Shown here: positions 27,045 through 43,991 of the stretch, in pieces
How the letters are laid out: every line of letters starts with the position of its first letter
Position numbering within the stretch: position 1 is the stretch's first letter
Assembly (NCBI GenBank): GCA_964016885.1
Contig: OZ024742.1
Span: forward strand, 336,536,001-336,600,000
DNA from: Eledone cirrhosa
Taxonomy: Eukaryota
Direction: 5' to 3'
Length of the DNA stretch: 64,000 bases
Program-made: the position numbers and the translations under genes
The notes under the pieces: generated by a model
Databases searched by the model: none
What the model was told of the DNA's origin: nothing
The model's input: only the letters and a program-made list of their open reading frames with translations

Positions 27045-28591
27045 CACACCCCCACACATACATACACACACACACATATATATATACATACACACATACA
27101 AACATACACACACACACACACACATATATACACACATACACACACACATATATACACACACACACACACACACGCATATATATATATATATACACACATA
27201 CGCATACATCCAGATACCCACATACATACACACACACACACACGCACACACAATACATACATCCACATGCACACACATACACACACACACACATATACAC
27301 ATACATACACCCACACACAGAGAAATGGTCTTCAAATATATATATATATATATACATACAGACACATATATTTTTTCCATAATATAAGAAGTTGGGGCAG
27401 TGAAATTAAAATACAAGTCATTCTGATCACATTGAGTTCTTCATGTAGATTGGGCCCCGCAACCGACAGTGGTGAATTCTGTGTGCGCATATATATATAG
27501 ATATATGTGTGTGCACGTGCAGGGTTTAACATGGATGTGTTGGTCACACAAAGGCATGGTCTGTCAATGAATAAACCTGATTCTACAGAATTGGTCTCTG
27601 GTCTTTAATAGTAGTGATTCCGTGCGTATGTGTGTTTATATTTTATGACAATTCTATTGGGGTGATAACCCGTTTAGTTTTGGTTTAAATTTGTTAAGGA
27701 ATAGATTTTCTTTGTTTATTCTTTGTTGTTGTGTGAACGAATCTGAGCACTTGTAGAAGGGGAAGATTTTAAAGTTAGGTAGTGTCATTCCTGCGCAGTT
27801 CGCAATATGGCTGCTCAAGGGGATTTTTCTTGTGTTAGCGTCCCGGATTTGTTGGCGGTGGATGGTCATTCTTTTGCGTAATGAGGTGCCCGTCTGTCCT
27901 ATGTAGTTGTGTTTGCACCCACCGCAAGTTATTGCGTAAATCAAGTTCTCCGAGTTGCAGGTGAAATTGTTTTTTACTGTAAATGTTTGGCCATCTTTGA
28001 ATGTAAATGTTTGTCCTTCAGTGAGGTAGAGGCACGTTCCACAGTTTGTTCTACCACATTTGGTAACTGTAGGGTTGAGGATTGGTTTGGGTATATTTGG
28101 TCCAGTGAGAATGCGTTTAAGTGATTTGGGTTGTCTTTTACTTTTAAAGATCTTGTGTGTTTCAAGAATAGACTTCATTTTTACATCTTTAAGTAGGATG
28201 GGGAGGTTTTTGTGTAGGTGATCTGACCTTTATAAAATAACCCACACCCCAAATAACTTCTCATTCACTACCAGAAAGGGACATAGCAGTCAACCTATTG
28301 TTGTTACCTAGATGAAAACTGCTATGAAATCCCACAATGAATTTTATACTTGAATTTTCAAGTCTCAAATTTTAACTCTTCGTATTATTAATTTTTCTTA
28401 ATATTAATCAACATTTGAAAAGATGGCTTTTGCAGACCCATCGAAACCGGTCATTTTTTATACCCTTTATTATTTCCTTACCTTATAAAATTGTTTTTTC
28501 ACAAAAAAGTATTCTGTCTCTTATATATTCCATGTGCCATTACCAACCTCAATTTTCTCTATAACCTTCGTTTTGTGTAGAAAATTACACT

Positions 28592-28597
<6 letters not shown>
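26268..28597 (-). mobile_element. 5'-truncated PLE with inverted terminal repeat
   Basis: ~340-bp inverted arms 26268-26610 and 28221-28560 enclose a GIY-YIG ORF and its 3' UTR; a ~37-nt tail follows the right arm only; microsatellite on both flanks. Confidence 0.9.
27654..28220 (-). CDS. PLE C-terminal GIY-YIG endonuclease, partial
   Basis: RQPKSLKRIL, CGRTNCGTC, FTCNSENLIYAITCGGCKHNYIGQT...LRKRMTIH, terminal PKLN. Confidence 0.9.
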   Translation of the reverse strand, partial: HLHKNLPILLKDVKMKSILETHKIFKSKRQPKSLKRILTGPNIPKPILNPTVTKCGRTNCGTCLYLTEGQTFTFKDGQTFTVKNNFTCNSENLIYAITCGGCKHNYIGQTGTSLRKRMTIHRQQIRDANTRKIPLSSHIANCAGMTLPNFKIFPFYKCSDSFTQQQRINKENLFLNKFKPKLNGLSPQ

Positions 28598-29335
<738 letters not shown>

Positions 29336-29336
29336 G

Positions 29337-29379
<43 letters not shown>

Positions 29380-29380
29380 G

Positions 29381-29497
<117 letters not shown>

Positions 29498-29516
29498 ATA
29501 TGCATATATATATATA

Positions 29517-30280
29517 TCGTTTCTGAATTTGTTTGCCAAGATTCTTTATCTGAAAACGTGTGTTGAAACCGATATTGTTATACTTTGGGAGGGTCATGTT
29601 GCCAATAAGAAACGCACGCACCAGTTTCTTTCACTTCAATTTATTATAAATTAAATTCATAAATTTAGGAATTTATAAATTTCCGGTTGGTTGGTTAGTT
29701 CCACAACCAGACGATTGTTCATATATTGTCAAATTTCTTTCGTCACACATTCTGTAACCTCTTCAATGACTGGGGATTCTTTTCTTTGTTTTTGTACCTC
29801 TCCTTTGTTCTGTCCAATGCCATCTTGTTTAAATTAAATAGAAAGCATGAATGGAATAGCAACATCACAACTTACAATTAAGGACAAAATGAAAACACAC
29901 ACACACATAGAACAAACAACCAACCAGTAACATGTAAATAAACAAATAAATAAACAAATATAAACACACACAGACACCCGGATGTAACACATGCGCAAAC
30001 TAAGCACACAACACACACACACAAACAAGATGGCGTTGGACAGAACAAAGGAGAGGCACAAAAACAAAGAAAAGAATCCCCAGTCACTGAAGAGGTTACA
30101 GAATGTGTGACGAAAGAAATTTGACAATATATGAACAATCGTCTGGTTGTGGAACTAACCAACCAACCGGAAATTTATAAATTCCTAAATTTATGAATTT
30201 AATTTATAATAAATTGAAGTGAAAGAAACTGGTGCGTGTGTTTCTTATTGGCAACATGATCCTCCCAAAGTATAACAATA
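29517..30280. mobile_element. PLE-type fold-back in (TA)n; hammerheads at 29727-29770 (minus) and 30082-30125 (plus)
   Basis: Arms 29572-29830 and 30022-30280; tail 29517-29571; same family as 37020-37564. Confidence 0.85.
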
Positions 30281-30311
30281 TATATATATATATATATAAA
30301 GATATACATAC

Positions 30312-30347
<36 letters not shown>

Positions 30348-30357
30348 ATATACATAC

Positions 30358-30448
<91 letters not shown>

Positions 30449-30451
<3 letters not shown>

Positions 30452-31370
30452 GGGGGGGCGGATAACAAATTACCGTTGTAGGTAATCCAGTTAGAGGTTG
30501 TGAGTATTCTGTATTGTGGATAGTTTTAACGTACGGCGTTGTTTGACTCAACAAGAGGTTTCCTTAGTTAGGTAGCGAGTTCATCGGAATTCCTATGCAG
30601 GTTAATCTTGGAGTAGTAATAGTGAAAGAGTGAAGAATAACATGGTCAACAGTCCAAAAAGGGTTTATTTACAGTATTAACAATTGTTTCATTGATTAGG
30701 GTGTCTAAAAATTGCTAATCACTTGAAGTTGTGTCACTCAATTTTAAATAAAGTGTATGCCTAATCAAATCATCAGAATAACTGATAAACATTATACACG
30801 GCGTTAGGAAAATTCAGATCACAACATCAGTAATAAAGAAAGAAAAAGAAAAAGTGAGAGAAAAAATAATAAATAATAATAAATAAGTTAGAATGAGATG
30901 GTAAAAAATAAGTAAAAAAATAGATATGTGTGAAAAAATGAACATAATATGATTGTTGAAAATAGTTGTGGTGGTGGTGGTGGCGGTTACAGTTATAGGG
31001 GTGTGTAAGTATAAAGATGTGATGGTATAAATATGAAAATATTAAATATATATACATATATGTATTGGTTAAATTACAGAGGGTTATATTAGGAAGAAAT
31101 AATACAGTGATAATTAAAGGATAAATTAATAAATTGGAAGTTATGTGAGAGGTGAAGAGAACATGATAGGATATAATGGTGGAGGTGAAATGGTTTTAGG
31201 GAAAGAGAGAGAAAGAAAGAAAGGTTAGGAGGTTATGATGTTGATTTAGTGATTAGTTGGTCTATTGACAGTTAATAATAGTGGGTTATTATAATAGACT
31301 AAGTGGTTCAGCTTGAATTATGTGATTGTTGGATCGAATCATGTTGGTTTGAAATTTGCGAATTTAGTAT
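30449..31370 (-). mobile_element. 3' fragment of a Nematis-like PLE with tail; hammerhead at 30672-30784
   Basis: Homologous to 39973-41100 (ORF end TKFANFKPT vs TKFENFRPA); flanked by (TA)n. Confidence 0.7.
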
Positions 31371-31410
31371 ATATATATATATATATAGGAACCAGTAAGA
31401 CCCCACATAC

Positions 31411-31444
<34 letters not shown>

Positions 31445-31700
31445 CGTAGGTTCCCATCAGTCACGAATGACCATGGTTTTCAACTAGAAAGTTCCCCTCA
31501 AGGACACAAGCAAGGGCAATGCCAGTCTCCACTCTCCATGGCACTGATGTTGTCTAAGGGAAAGCAATGGCCAATACAGCTTGGCACCAGTGACGTCGCA
31601 ACTCATTTCTACAGCTTAGTGAACTGGAGCAACGTGAAATAAACATTCGAACTCAACGCTCTAACCTCTAAGCCACGCACCATTGCTCACACACAACACA

Positions 31701-31749
<49 letters not shown>

Positions 31750-31769
31750 ACACACACACACACATATAC

Positions 31770-31808
<39 letters not shown>

Positions 31809-31813
<5 letters not shown>

Positions 31814-32700
31814 AGTTTATGTTGGTTGTATACCAACACCTCAGTATGCAGGCTGGAGCACTCGACGAAGTGCGCAGGTTGGTTTGGTTACTCCGGAGTA
31901 GTGTAAAATAAAGTTAAATAAAAGTCAAATGATTAAAATTTAGCTTCGTTTATTACTGCTATATATATTTCAGTGACAGCCATCTTTGGCTGTGACCTCT
32001 TCAGGCAGTTTGAATTAGTATGGTATAGACAAGTACATATGTTGTTTAGGTGTATGATATTGTCAATACTCTGATATGCCCAGTTCCTTGTTGGGTTGTT
32101 AATTCACTGGGTAACTGGAGTCATATGAATTCAAACAAACGAATTTTACTTCTAAATTGTTAGCAGCAGCAAGATATAAGCTGACCACTACAACAACAAC
32201 AGTACCAAAATAATGGTGGAGGTCAAATGTACTGAACAATAGCAGGCATAAACACTACAGGGAGCCTCACCCCAGAAAGAATTCTATAGACTTCTGACTG
32301 AGGAATGCTCTCAGAACTGAACAATGGGAAGTTTGACACATTTTTTGATATTTTGTTCCTTCAACACCTTGTCCCTTCTACCATTTTATCAATTTTTAAG
32401 CTAACTCCAACAATGACAACACTAATAACTGACCAATGAGAGGAGAAGGGGACCTGTGACACTAAAATTCGTTTGTTTGAATTCATATGACTCCAGTTCC
32501 CCAGTGAATTAACAACCCAACAAGGAACTGGGCATATCAGAGTATTGACAATATCATACACCTAAACAACATATGTACTTGTCTATACCATACTAATTCA
32601 AACTGCCTGAAGAGGTCACAGCCAAAGATGGCTGTCACTGAAATATATATAGCAGTAATAAACGAAGCTAAATTTTAATCATTTGACTTTTATTTAACTT

Positions 32701-32708
<8 letters not shown>
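31809..32708. mobile_element. PLE-type fold-back in (TA)n; hammerheads at 31955-32009 (minus) and 32602-32656 (plus)
   Basis: ~245-bp arms 31904-32149 and 32463-32707; ~95-nt tail on the left; ACTGC-CTGAAGA-GGTCACAGCC-AAAGAT-GGCTGTCACT-GAAA-TATATA-TA-GCAGT. Confidence 0.88.
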
Positions 32709-32733
<25 letters not shown>

Positions 32734-32789
32734 ACAATATCTGTTTTAACACAGGTTTTCAGATAAGAAATCTTGAAAAATAAATTAAA

Positions 32790-32878
<89 letters not shown>

Positions 32879-33282
32879 TTTATCCCGGGTTCAATCGGGG
32901 GTAACCACAGTAAGTAATGAACTCAATACATAGCAGAGTATAAATAAAGAAGCCATTTCTATATTAAATATATATATATATTGTTATACTTTGGGAGGGT
33001 CATGTTGCCAATAAGAAACACACGCACCAGTTGCTTTCACTTCAATTTATTATATATTTATAAATTTACAAATTTATAAATTTATAAATTTCTGGTTGGT
33101 TGGGAAGCGATTTTTTTCGAAGTTTTTAAAAATAAATCTGAATATTCTGAAAATACAAAAAAAATCTGAAAATACCAAAAAAATGACACTTTAAAACAGC
33201 TTAAAGTTACGAACCTTTTACCCCGCAGACTTGTCTGTCTTCACACATGTGCGGCCATATAATAATAATAATAATAATAATA

Positions 33283-34020
33283 ACTGCTACAAAAACTAGC
33301 TAAGAAATGGCAAGAAAATCCTCTGTATGGAAAATACTCAGAAAGAGCTAACAATCCTGATGTTGACAAAACTTTAACTCATCAGTGGTTGACATCCTCT
33401 GGACTGAAATCGGAGACTGAAGGACTAATTATATCAGCACAAGATCGGTGTCTGCCAACAAATATAATTTCAATGTGCAGTCCTATAGCTCCAACCGAAT
33501 ACCTAAACAGGCATGACAGAGCTGCACAATACATACATTGGATAATGTGTAAGCATTTTGACCTGCCCCATCAAAAGAATTGGCGGGAGCATCAAACACC
33601 CCCCGTACTTGAAAAAGATCACATCTCAATCTTGTGGAACTTTAGCATCCAAACAGACCGAAAAATAGATGTAAATAGACCTGATATAATACTGAAGGAC
33701 TTTAAAAAGAGGGTATGCCTGCTAATTGATATGTCCGTTCCAATAGACAAGAATGTATCTATAGAAACATTTGAAAAATTGAGCAAGTATAAGGACCTGG
33801 AGATAGAAATTGGAAAAATGTGGAAATTGAGAACTAAAACAATACCAGTGGTTGTAGGCGCTCCAGGAATGAAACCTAAGGGGCCTAATGATTACTTATC
33901 GCAAATCCCAGGAAACCCGCGTATAGGAGAAATACAAAAGATAGTACTAATGGGAACTGCCCATATACTACGGAAGATTCTGTCAATATAAGTACATCAC
34001 AAGTCTAAACACCTAAAGAT
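33283..34020 (+). mobile_element. 3' fragment of an R4/Dong-like non-LTR element (restriction-like endonuclease)
   Basis: ETEGLIISAQD, RHD, RPDI..D..LID..P.D, EKLSKYKDL, IPVVVGA; begins after (TAA)n. Confidence 0.8.
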
Positions 34021-34023
34021 GCA

Positions 34024-36153
<2,130 letters not shown>

Positions 36154-36346
36154 TAAACGCTTGATATAGTAAGAAAGGAGTCTTAGCATTTGAGGCAATC
36201 GTCTTTCATCGGAAGATAGAATGAGAAACAAAAAAGAAAAAAGAAAATCAGAGGAGAATGGGGAGAGAAGAAGAAGAAACAAAAAACTGATTGGGGCGGA
36301 GGGAGTACATCCAGCTATGTTTGGTGTGTATATATGTAAATATATA

Positions 36347-36757
36347 ATAATTGTTTCTACTTTTGGCACAAGGCCAGCTATTACCCAAGTGTATTACTGG
36401 TACTTTATTGTATCGACCCCGTAAGGATGAAAGGGAAAGTTAACCTCGGCGATAATAATATATGTAGAAATAAACACAGTAAATTCTGTGTCTAAAATTA
36501 CGAGGGTAGAGAATACCACAAATGTCAATTTAGGCACAGAATTTAATGTGTTTATTTCTACATATATTATTATATAATTGTTTCTACTTTAGGCACAAGG
36601 CCAGCAATTACCCAGTGCATTACTGGTACTTTATTTTATCGACCCCGTAAGGATGAAAGGCAAAGTCAACCTCGGCGGGATTTGAACTCAGATTGTAAAG
36701 GGACGTAACTATGGTGGAAAGCATGGCGTCCGACCCTCTACCGATACTGCCAATCCA
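36347..36757 (-). mobile_element. Two SINE copies separated by a ~120-bp hairpin (36452-36572)
   Basis: SINE core at 36347-36451 and 36575-36757; arm ATAATATATGTAGAAATAAACAC and its reverse complement lie between them. Confidence 0.8.
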
Positions 36758-36853
36758 CAATGCTCAGTATTTATACTTTGAGCTTGTTAATTGCAGGGTA
36801 TCAATATTAGTTAATAACTGTGTATTTTATTTGTATGTAAATATATATATATA

Positions 36854-37592
<739 letters not shown>

Positions 37593-37599
37593 CTCTTTT

Positions 37600-37839
37600 A
37601 CTCTTTTACACTTTTACCTGTCGCAGCCATCCGGCTGAGGCCATGCTGTGCCACCACCCTTGTTGCTACACGTTCTATCTCTAGCCTGTGTTGGCTGACC
37701 ATTGGTGTAAGAGGGAGTTACTTGCTGCTGCCCTTGGGTTACCTTCGTACCGTGTTGTGGGCTCATCTGGGATTCTGGATAGTAGAGTGGCAAGATGTTT
37801 CTTGAAATCATCCACGTCTACACGATGCAGATCTCTCAA

Positions 37840-37842
<3 letters not shown>
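37600..37842 (-). mobile_element. 3' fragment of a CR1/Jockey-group LINE
   Basis: LRDLHRVDVDDFKKHLATLLSRIPDEPT...AASNSLLHQ, similar to the 23925 fragment. Confidence 0.65.
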
Positions 37843-37899
<57 letters not shown>

Positions 37900-37902
<3 letters not shown>

Positions 37903-38435
37903 GAAAGCGCAGCTGCTGATCGTAATAAATGGAGAAAGACTGTACATTATGGGAAAGTTGCTTTTGAAGCATCTCGATTCGCATACGAGAGAGTAAAAAG
38001 GGTTGTCAGGAATGGCATTGCTTTTACATTTCAAGACAGTGAAGTTCCTCCTATGGAGCTGATATGCAGCGTCTGTGCATGATCTGTCTCAGCAAATCTG
38101 AACTCGAAAGTCATCTTCACAGTCATAAAGTGAGGCCAGTGGTAGATTACCAAGCTGCTGTCGTAGATGCTACTCATTATAACTGTCAGACATGTGGAAA
38201 AGAGTGTAGATCAGCAGCAGGGCTCAAACGACATACAAAAGTACATGAAGTCCAACCACAGCCGGCTATTGCCAGTAAATGTTTTGGTTGCCAACTCTGT
38301 GCATGGCATTTTTTATCATTGGCTGGGCTAAAAAGCCATATTCGATCGCAGCACCGTTAATTATCAATATATATATATGTGTTCTCTTTTTTTTTATCGT
38401 GCAATGGCCATACTCGATAACGAGGGGGCAGCGAT
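37900..38435 (+). mobile_element. Degenerate 3' fragment of the RTE LINE
   Basis: Peptide ESHLHSHKVRPVVDYQAAV...SLAGLKSHIRSQH and 3' hairpin match the 3520-7503 element. Confidence 0.9.
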
Positions 38436-38659
38436 GTCTGTATATATATATCATGATGAACGGTCTCTCGTTCAAAGCGTCACTACCTCATTGGATTATA
38501 ACGACATAGACTTGTATGACAAATATGCAAATGTCCAGTGATTAGCTGGAGCACAATTATAGGGAAATACTTCAATCGAAAGTTTTATATCCGATTCCCT
38601 TCCCCACGAATGTTCTAATTCTAGGAGAGCTACGGATCATCGGTCATGATTGGTGATGG

Positions 38660-38820
38660 ATTATGTTCCGATGACTCACTGACCATGGGCTATGTTCCGA
38701 TAACTGACCAACTATGGGATATGTTCCGATGTCTAACCAACTATCGGATAGATTCCGATGACTGACCAACTATGGGATAGGTTCTGATGACTGACTGACC
38801 TTGGGTTTGCAGTTCCGAAA
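38660..38820. repeat. ~29-bp minisatellite, about 5 units
   Basis: Unit approximately TATGTTCCGATGACTGACCAACTATGGGA. Confidence 0.85.
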
Positions 38821-39183
38821 AACAAACCTGGTCAATTTGATTTATGGAAAACCGGTGGTCACCCATAAATTCTAACCACCCCCGTTTCTCTATAACACAG
38901 ACGTTGTCTATGGGAAAAAAACAGGCCGCAAATAAAGATGACACAATTCTACGCCAGATTATGACTTGAATTCACGACCTTACTATCGTGATCCTAGCAC
39001 CCTAACCGCTATGTAACGTGCCTTCACCCACAAATCAATAGGGATATCATTTGGAAGTTTTCTCTTATGTACGAAGTTTTCTTGCTCGGCCTGGAACATG
39101 TTCGATTTATTCTACTAATCGACTTATTTTTATAGTAGTTTGGTCTCTATGATCGGCTCAAAACTTAAAAACCACTAGTGCCC

Positions 39184-39251
<68 letters not shown>

Positions 39252-39571
39252 GTCGTGAGAAGTGTGCACGCGCACGCATGTCTGTATACAATCATCAATA
39301 TCTCATTCTTTCTTCCGATGACGGACTAGTATCCGAAACGTTAATACCCTGTTCCTGCTACTTCAAGCGTTAAACTAATATATTCCTTCCATATACTGTA
39401 CCATTTGTGTTGTTATTTATGTTTACCTTTCACACACACACACACACAGACACACACACACGTATATATATATATATATATATGTATATATTTATACATG
39501 CACATATATATATATATATATATATTTATACATGCATACTTACATATATGTATGTCTCTTTCTTTTCTCTT

Positions 39572-39727
<156 letters not shown>

Positions 39728-39972
39728 CGTGTGTGTGTGTGTGTGTGTGTAATGTAGGTTCACCCGGGTGAGCACTCGATGTTTAGGTTCACGTCAGTAT
39801 CGAGGTGTAGAGCTAAACAGATGTCCGAGGAGCTTTTGATTCCAGAGTTGGGCTAGAACGATACAGATCGAACCTTGAGCTGATCAGTAACGAAACACGC
39901 GTCACCAACCAATAAACGTAATGAAGGAGTAACCATTTGTCTTTGTGCCAAAACGTAGAGACAATTATTATG

Positions 39973-42907
39973 TATGTATATATATATATATATAAAATTG
40001 AAAAAGTGGAGAATAACATAGTCAATAGTACAAAAAAGGGGATTTATTTGCAGTCTAACAATTGTTTCACTGATAGAGTTGTCTAAAAATTGCTGAACAC
40101 TAAAAGCAGTGCCACTCAATTTTAAATACGATGTTAACTCTATTAGATCTTCGGAAACTGTTAAAAAAATATATATGTAACCGGCAAATTTACAAATTCA
40201 AATTACATAATCAATAATAATATTAATAATAAAGATATAGAGAGAAAAGGAGGAAGAAAGGGAAATAGATACAGTAAAGAAAGAAAGGAAAGGAAGGAGA
40301 AAGAAGAAGAAGGAAAAAGAGAATGAAGAAGAAAAGGAGAAATTATTATAGATAGAAATATAAAGAGAGGAAGATATATAGAAGATGATGGTAGATAGAG
40401 GAGAGACAAACATAAGTAAAAATAACGTAGGATACAAAGAAGAATAGAGGGACAAATAAATGAATAAACGTTAATACATGAATAAATGTAAATAAAAATA
40501 AAAATAGATATATAAAAAATATATGAAAAAATATATGAAAAAGTTTATAAAAATTGATAAATAAATAAATAAATAAATAAGTTATATCTAATGTGATATA
40601 AAATGGTATAAAATGTGAAAAATGAAGGATAAAAATAAATACGTAAAAGGAGTAAAAAGAGTAAAAATGTGCGAAGAATATTTAAACATTAAAATTATTG
40701 AGAATGGTTTTTGAGAATTGTTGAAATATATGGAGAGATAATAAGGTGAAAATATGATAATGTTAAATATATTTATGTGTGTATTGGTTATTTTAATAAA
40801 TAAATTAATTAATTAGTTTTAAGTTATATTATATGATAAAATATAATGACAGAGATGAAATAAATTTAGGGAGAAAAATATAAAGGTAAAGAGTAAAAAA
40901 TAGAGATATATAAAATAAGAATGTAAATATAAGAGGTTTTGATGTTGTTCTTTGATAGATGATGACAATTATAATTATGATTATAATTATAATGATGATA
41001 ATATTGATAATGTGATATCATAATAGATTCAAGTGGTATAATCTGGGTTATGGAATAGATAAGATGGAATTAAGCTGGTCTAAAGTTCTCAAATTTAGTC
41101 GCCGATTTATGTCGACAAAAAATGTTTTTTTCAATTTTACTGTTAAGAAGAATTTTGTTGTAATATAAAATTTGGAAAAGTTCCATATTACAGAGACCAC
41201 TGTGGGACATACCAATTTGATAGCTTTGTCCAGCTGATTTTATATTCCATGTTTGCATCTTTGAGTTGCCAGATTTTATTGGCGAGAGCCGTTGTCTTTG
41301 AGAGATTCCTGTTAGTCATAGAGTGTCTATGTACGTACCACCTTTTCTAAAACTCCCCAGCTGTGGAACCAATGTAATACCATGCTAAGCTACCTTAATT
41401 TATAGTACATAGGTATACAATATTTTTCTCTAGGCATCTATTTTGTAAAGGGCATTTGTCAGGTAGATGGCAGTTACATTTAGATGCTTTTCTATGCGCC
41501 GGTTCTTCTATATGGTTTTGTAGGTTGCTATGTATGGGCTGAGAATTGGGTTTGTTGATGTATTGTGGTGATGTTTTCTGACGTGTGTTTGGTTGTGATG
41601 ATGCTATATGCTTATGTTTTGTATTAGGTGTTATGGCACTTATTTGCGGGCCACTTGTATTATAAATTCTTTCATAGTTAATTTTATGTATGTGCGATTC
41701 TATGTTGTTGGCAGTGGAGTATGATAGTTTGATAGTTTTTCTATTAAAGATTTTATGATATTTATGAATTTTAGGGAAATGTTTGTCAACTAATTTGAAG
41801 AAAGTGTAAGGTAGCTTAGTTTTTATAGAGGAGTTAAACATTGGATTGAACCATAAGTAATTTCTATTTCTGCATCTTCTATAGTTATTAGTGGTCTTTG
41901 TATTAGTATTCTGTTCCTTTAATTTACGTGCTTGTTGCCAATTTTTATGTTTAGTCCTAGGTTTGTTGTTTCTATAGGTGTGGATGGTGCTATTAACATT
42001 AAGTGTTTTGTTATTTTTTGTATCTGGCATGTATTTGAGTCTCTCTTTATGGCCTGCCTTAAGTAAAACTATGTTGTAGCAGTTAGCGTGCTCATTAAAA
42101 ATTTCTATGTTAGAAGATAGGCGCGAGATTCTAAGGGATATACTATGTACTATGGAGTTAATTATAGATCGAGGGTGATTAGAGTTATAATCAATATAAG
42201 CTAAATTTTCATTATTTTTATGGAAGGGTTCTATTAGTCCTGAGTTAAGGTTGAGCGATACATCTAAGGAGTTAGCTTTTTTAGAGTTGCGTTCAAAAGT
42301 AATGTTAAGGCCTAATTAATCTTTCTAAGTTTTGATTATTTAAGTTTTTAGCTAAAGGTAGTGTATCGTCTCTATAGATTCCACCTTGTAGGTTATCAAA
42401 TTCTCTATGTAAGAAATGTGCTATATAAATTCCAACAATGTCTGTAATTTGGGCTGAATCATTTGATCCCATAGTTATATCGAAGTTATTCTGTCTATTT
42501 TTTCGCTCCCAGTAACTATTGTCGAATTTAATGATTGTTCTTCTAGCAGCTAGTATTATTTTAATTTCATCTGGTGAAAGGTCAGAGTTTTTTTGTGCAG
42601 AGGATAGTGCCTTATTTATGGTAACTGGTGAAATAGAAGAGTAATAGTCATTTATGTCAAATTGTATAAAGTCGGAAGATTCATTATTGTCTAATTTATT
42701 AAACCAATCTATTGCTTCATTTGTGTTACCCTAGAGCTTGATTATTAGTTGTTCTTTAATTTGTGGTATTATTCTATCTAGTATAAACTTGCTAATTCTG
42801 ACTATATCTGATTTTGATGGACATATTAATCTAATAGTAGGGTTAGTTTCGAAGTTACATTTATGATCCTTCAGATTAAAAGTGGGTGTATAAGGGGTTA
42901 GAGGTTC
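39973..42907 (-). mobile_element. Degenerate Nematis-like PLE (RT, GIY-YIG, ~1.1-kb 3' UTR); hammerhead at 40051-40160
   Basis: LKDHKCNFETNPTIRLICPSKSDI, FIQFDINDYYSSI, FDITMGS, IYRDD, WFNPMF, KHFP..KIFN..IKLSYS, CNC..CPL, IVY..YIG, CRHK; stops and frameshifts; (TA)n at both ends. Confidence 0.88.
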
Positions 42908-42959
42908 ATATATATATATATATGTTAGAGGTTAGAGATTCATATATATATATGTGTAT

Positions 42960-43225
42960 ATGGGGTAACAAGTTACCGTTATATGTAATCCAGTTAGAGG
43001 TTGTGAGTACTCTGCGTTGTGGATAGTTTTAACGAGCGAATTAGTTTTATATTTTCGTTTTCTGATGTGTTGGTCAGAGGTAAATAATGTAATGGAGATC
43101 GAGTGACGCAACTTCAAGCGATTAGCCACCTCTAGACTCACCTGATCAATGAAACAATTGTCAATACCTGATATAAAGCCCCCTGTTGTACAGCCAACCA
43201 TGTTACTCTTCACTCTTTCACTATA
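42960..43225. mobile_element. Short head-to-head PLE insertion: inverted tail plus hammerhead-bearing repeat (43057-43167, plus)
   Basis: 42965-43035 matches 30462-30531; 43057-43222 is inverse-homologous to 30619-30784. Confidence 0.7.
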
Positions 43226-43243
43226 TATATATATAAATATATA

Positions 43244-43403
43244 CCGGTTCGACAGCTAGATCCGAACGTTCAGATCTAGCTGTCGAAACGGCCGGAGTTC
43301 ACCCGTCGGGGTTCTGAATCTTTTCATATTACCCACTCTACTTCCACAAATATCCCTGGTGCGTTATGGTCCACCTGGTATCTTACCACACCCTCTTTGT
43401 TTT
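43244..43403 (+). mobile_element. ~160-bp hairpin-headed micro-element in (TA)n
   Basis: Hairpin TTCGACAGCTAGATC...GATCTAGCTGTCGAA; CTGGTGCGTTATGGTCCA is shared, inverted, with 47463-47600. Confidence 0.65.
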
Positions 43404-43771
43404 ATATATATATATATATAAATATGTGTATATGTGTGAGCGTGTGTGTGTATGTGTGTGTGTGTGTGTTTACATAAATAGATAGAAAGATATAATGTGT
43501 TAACCTAAACTGCAGGCTGTCCATTCGTTTATAAGTCTTATTATTTACAAGTCTACACTAAGTGGATGGAGAAGTGTAGTGTGGATGGTATAAAATCTGT
43601 TTCTAAATCCGATTATCTTCTGTTGATAGTGAATTATTCGGGCTTACAGGTGAAGTTTCTATTAATCAAACTAATTATCCTCTTGCTTAATGTTTGTTGT
43701 TGTTATTATTTATAAGTATAAATACATTGTCTCGTATTAATTATATATGTGTGTGTATGTTTGTATACGTG

Positions 43772-43836
<65 letters not shown>

Positions 43837-43862
43837 TTTTATATGTGTATATGTGTATGCAA

Positions 43863-43991
<129 letters not shown>

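Noticed and set aside
38660-38820. CRISPR-like or multimeric-ribozyme-like 29-bp repeats containing CCGATGA/CTGATGA
   Set aside because: No unique spacers, no cas genes, no stem II-GAAA per unit; a simple minisatellite
42900-42960. Possible retained intron in the PLE RT
   Set aside because: No GT-AG boundaries; better explained as a 5' truncation with a short duplication at (TA)n
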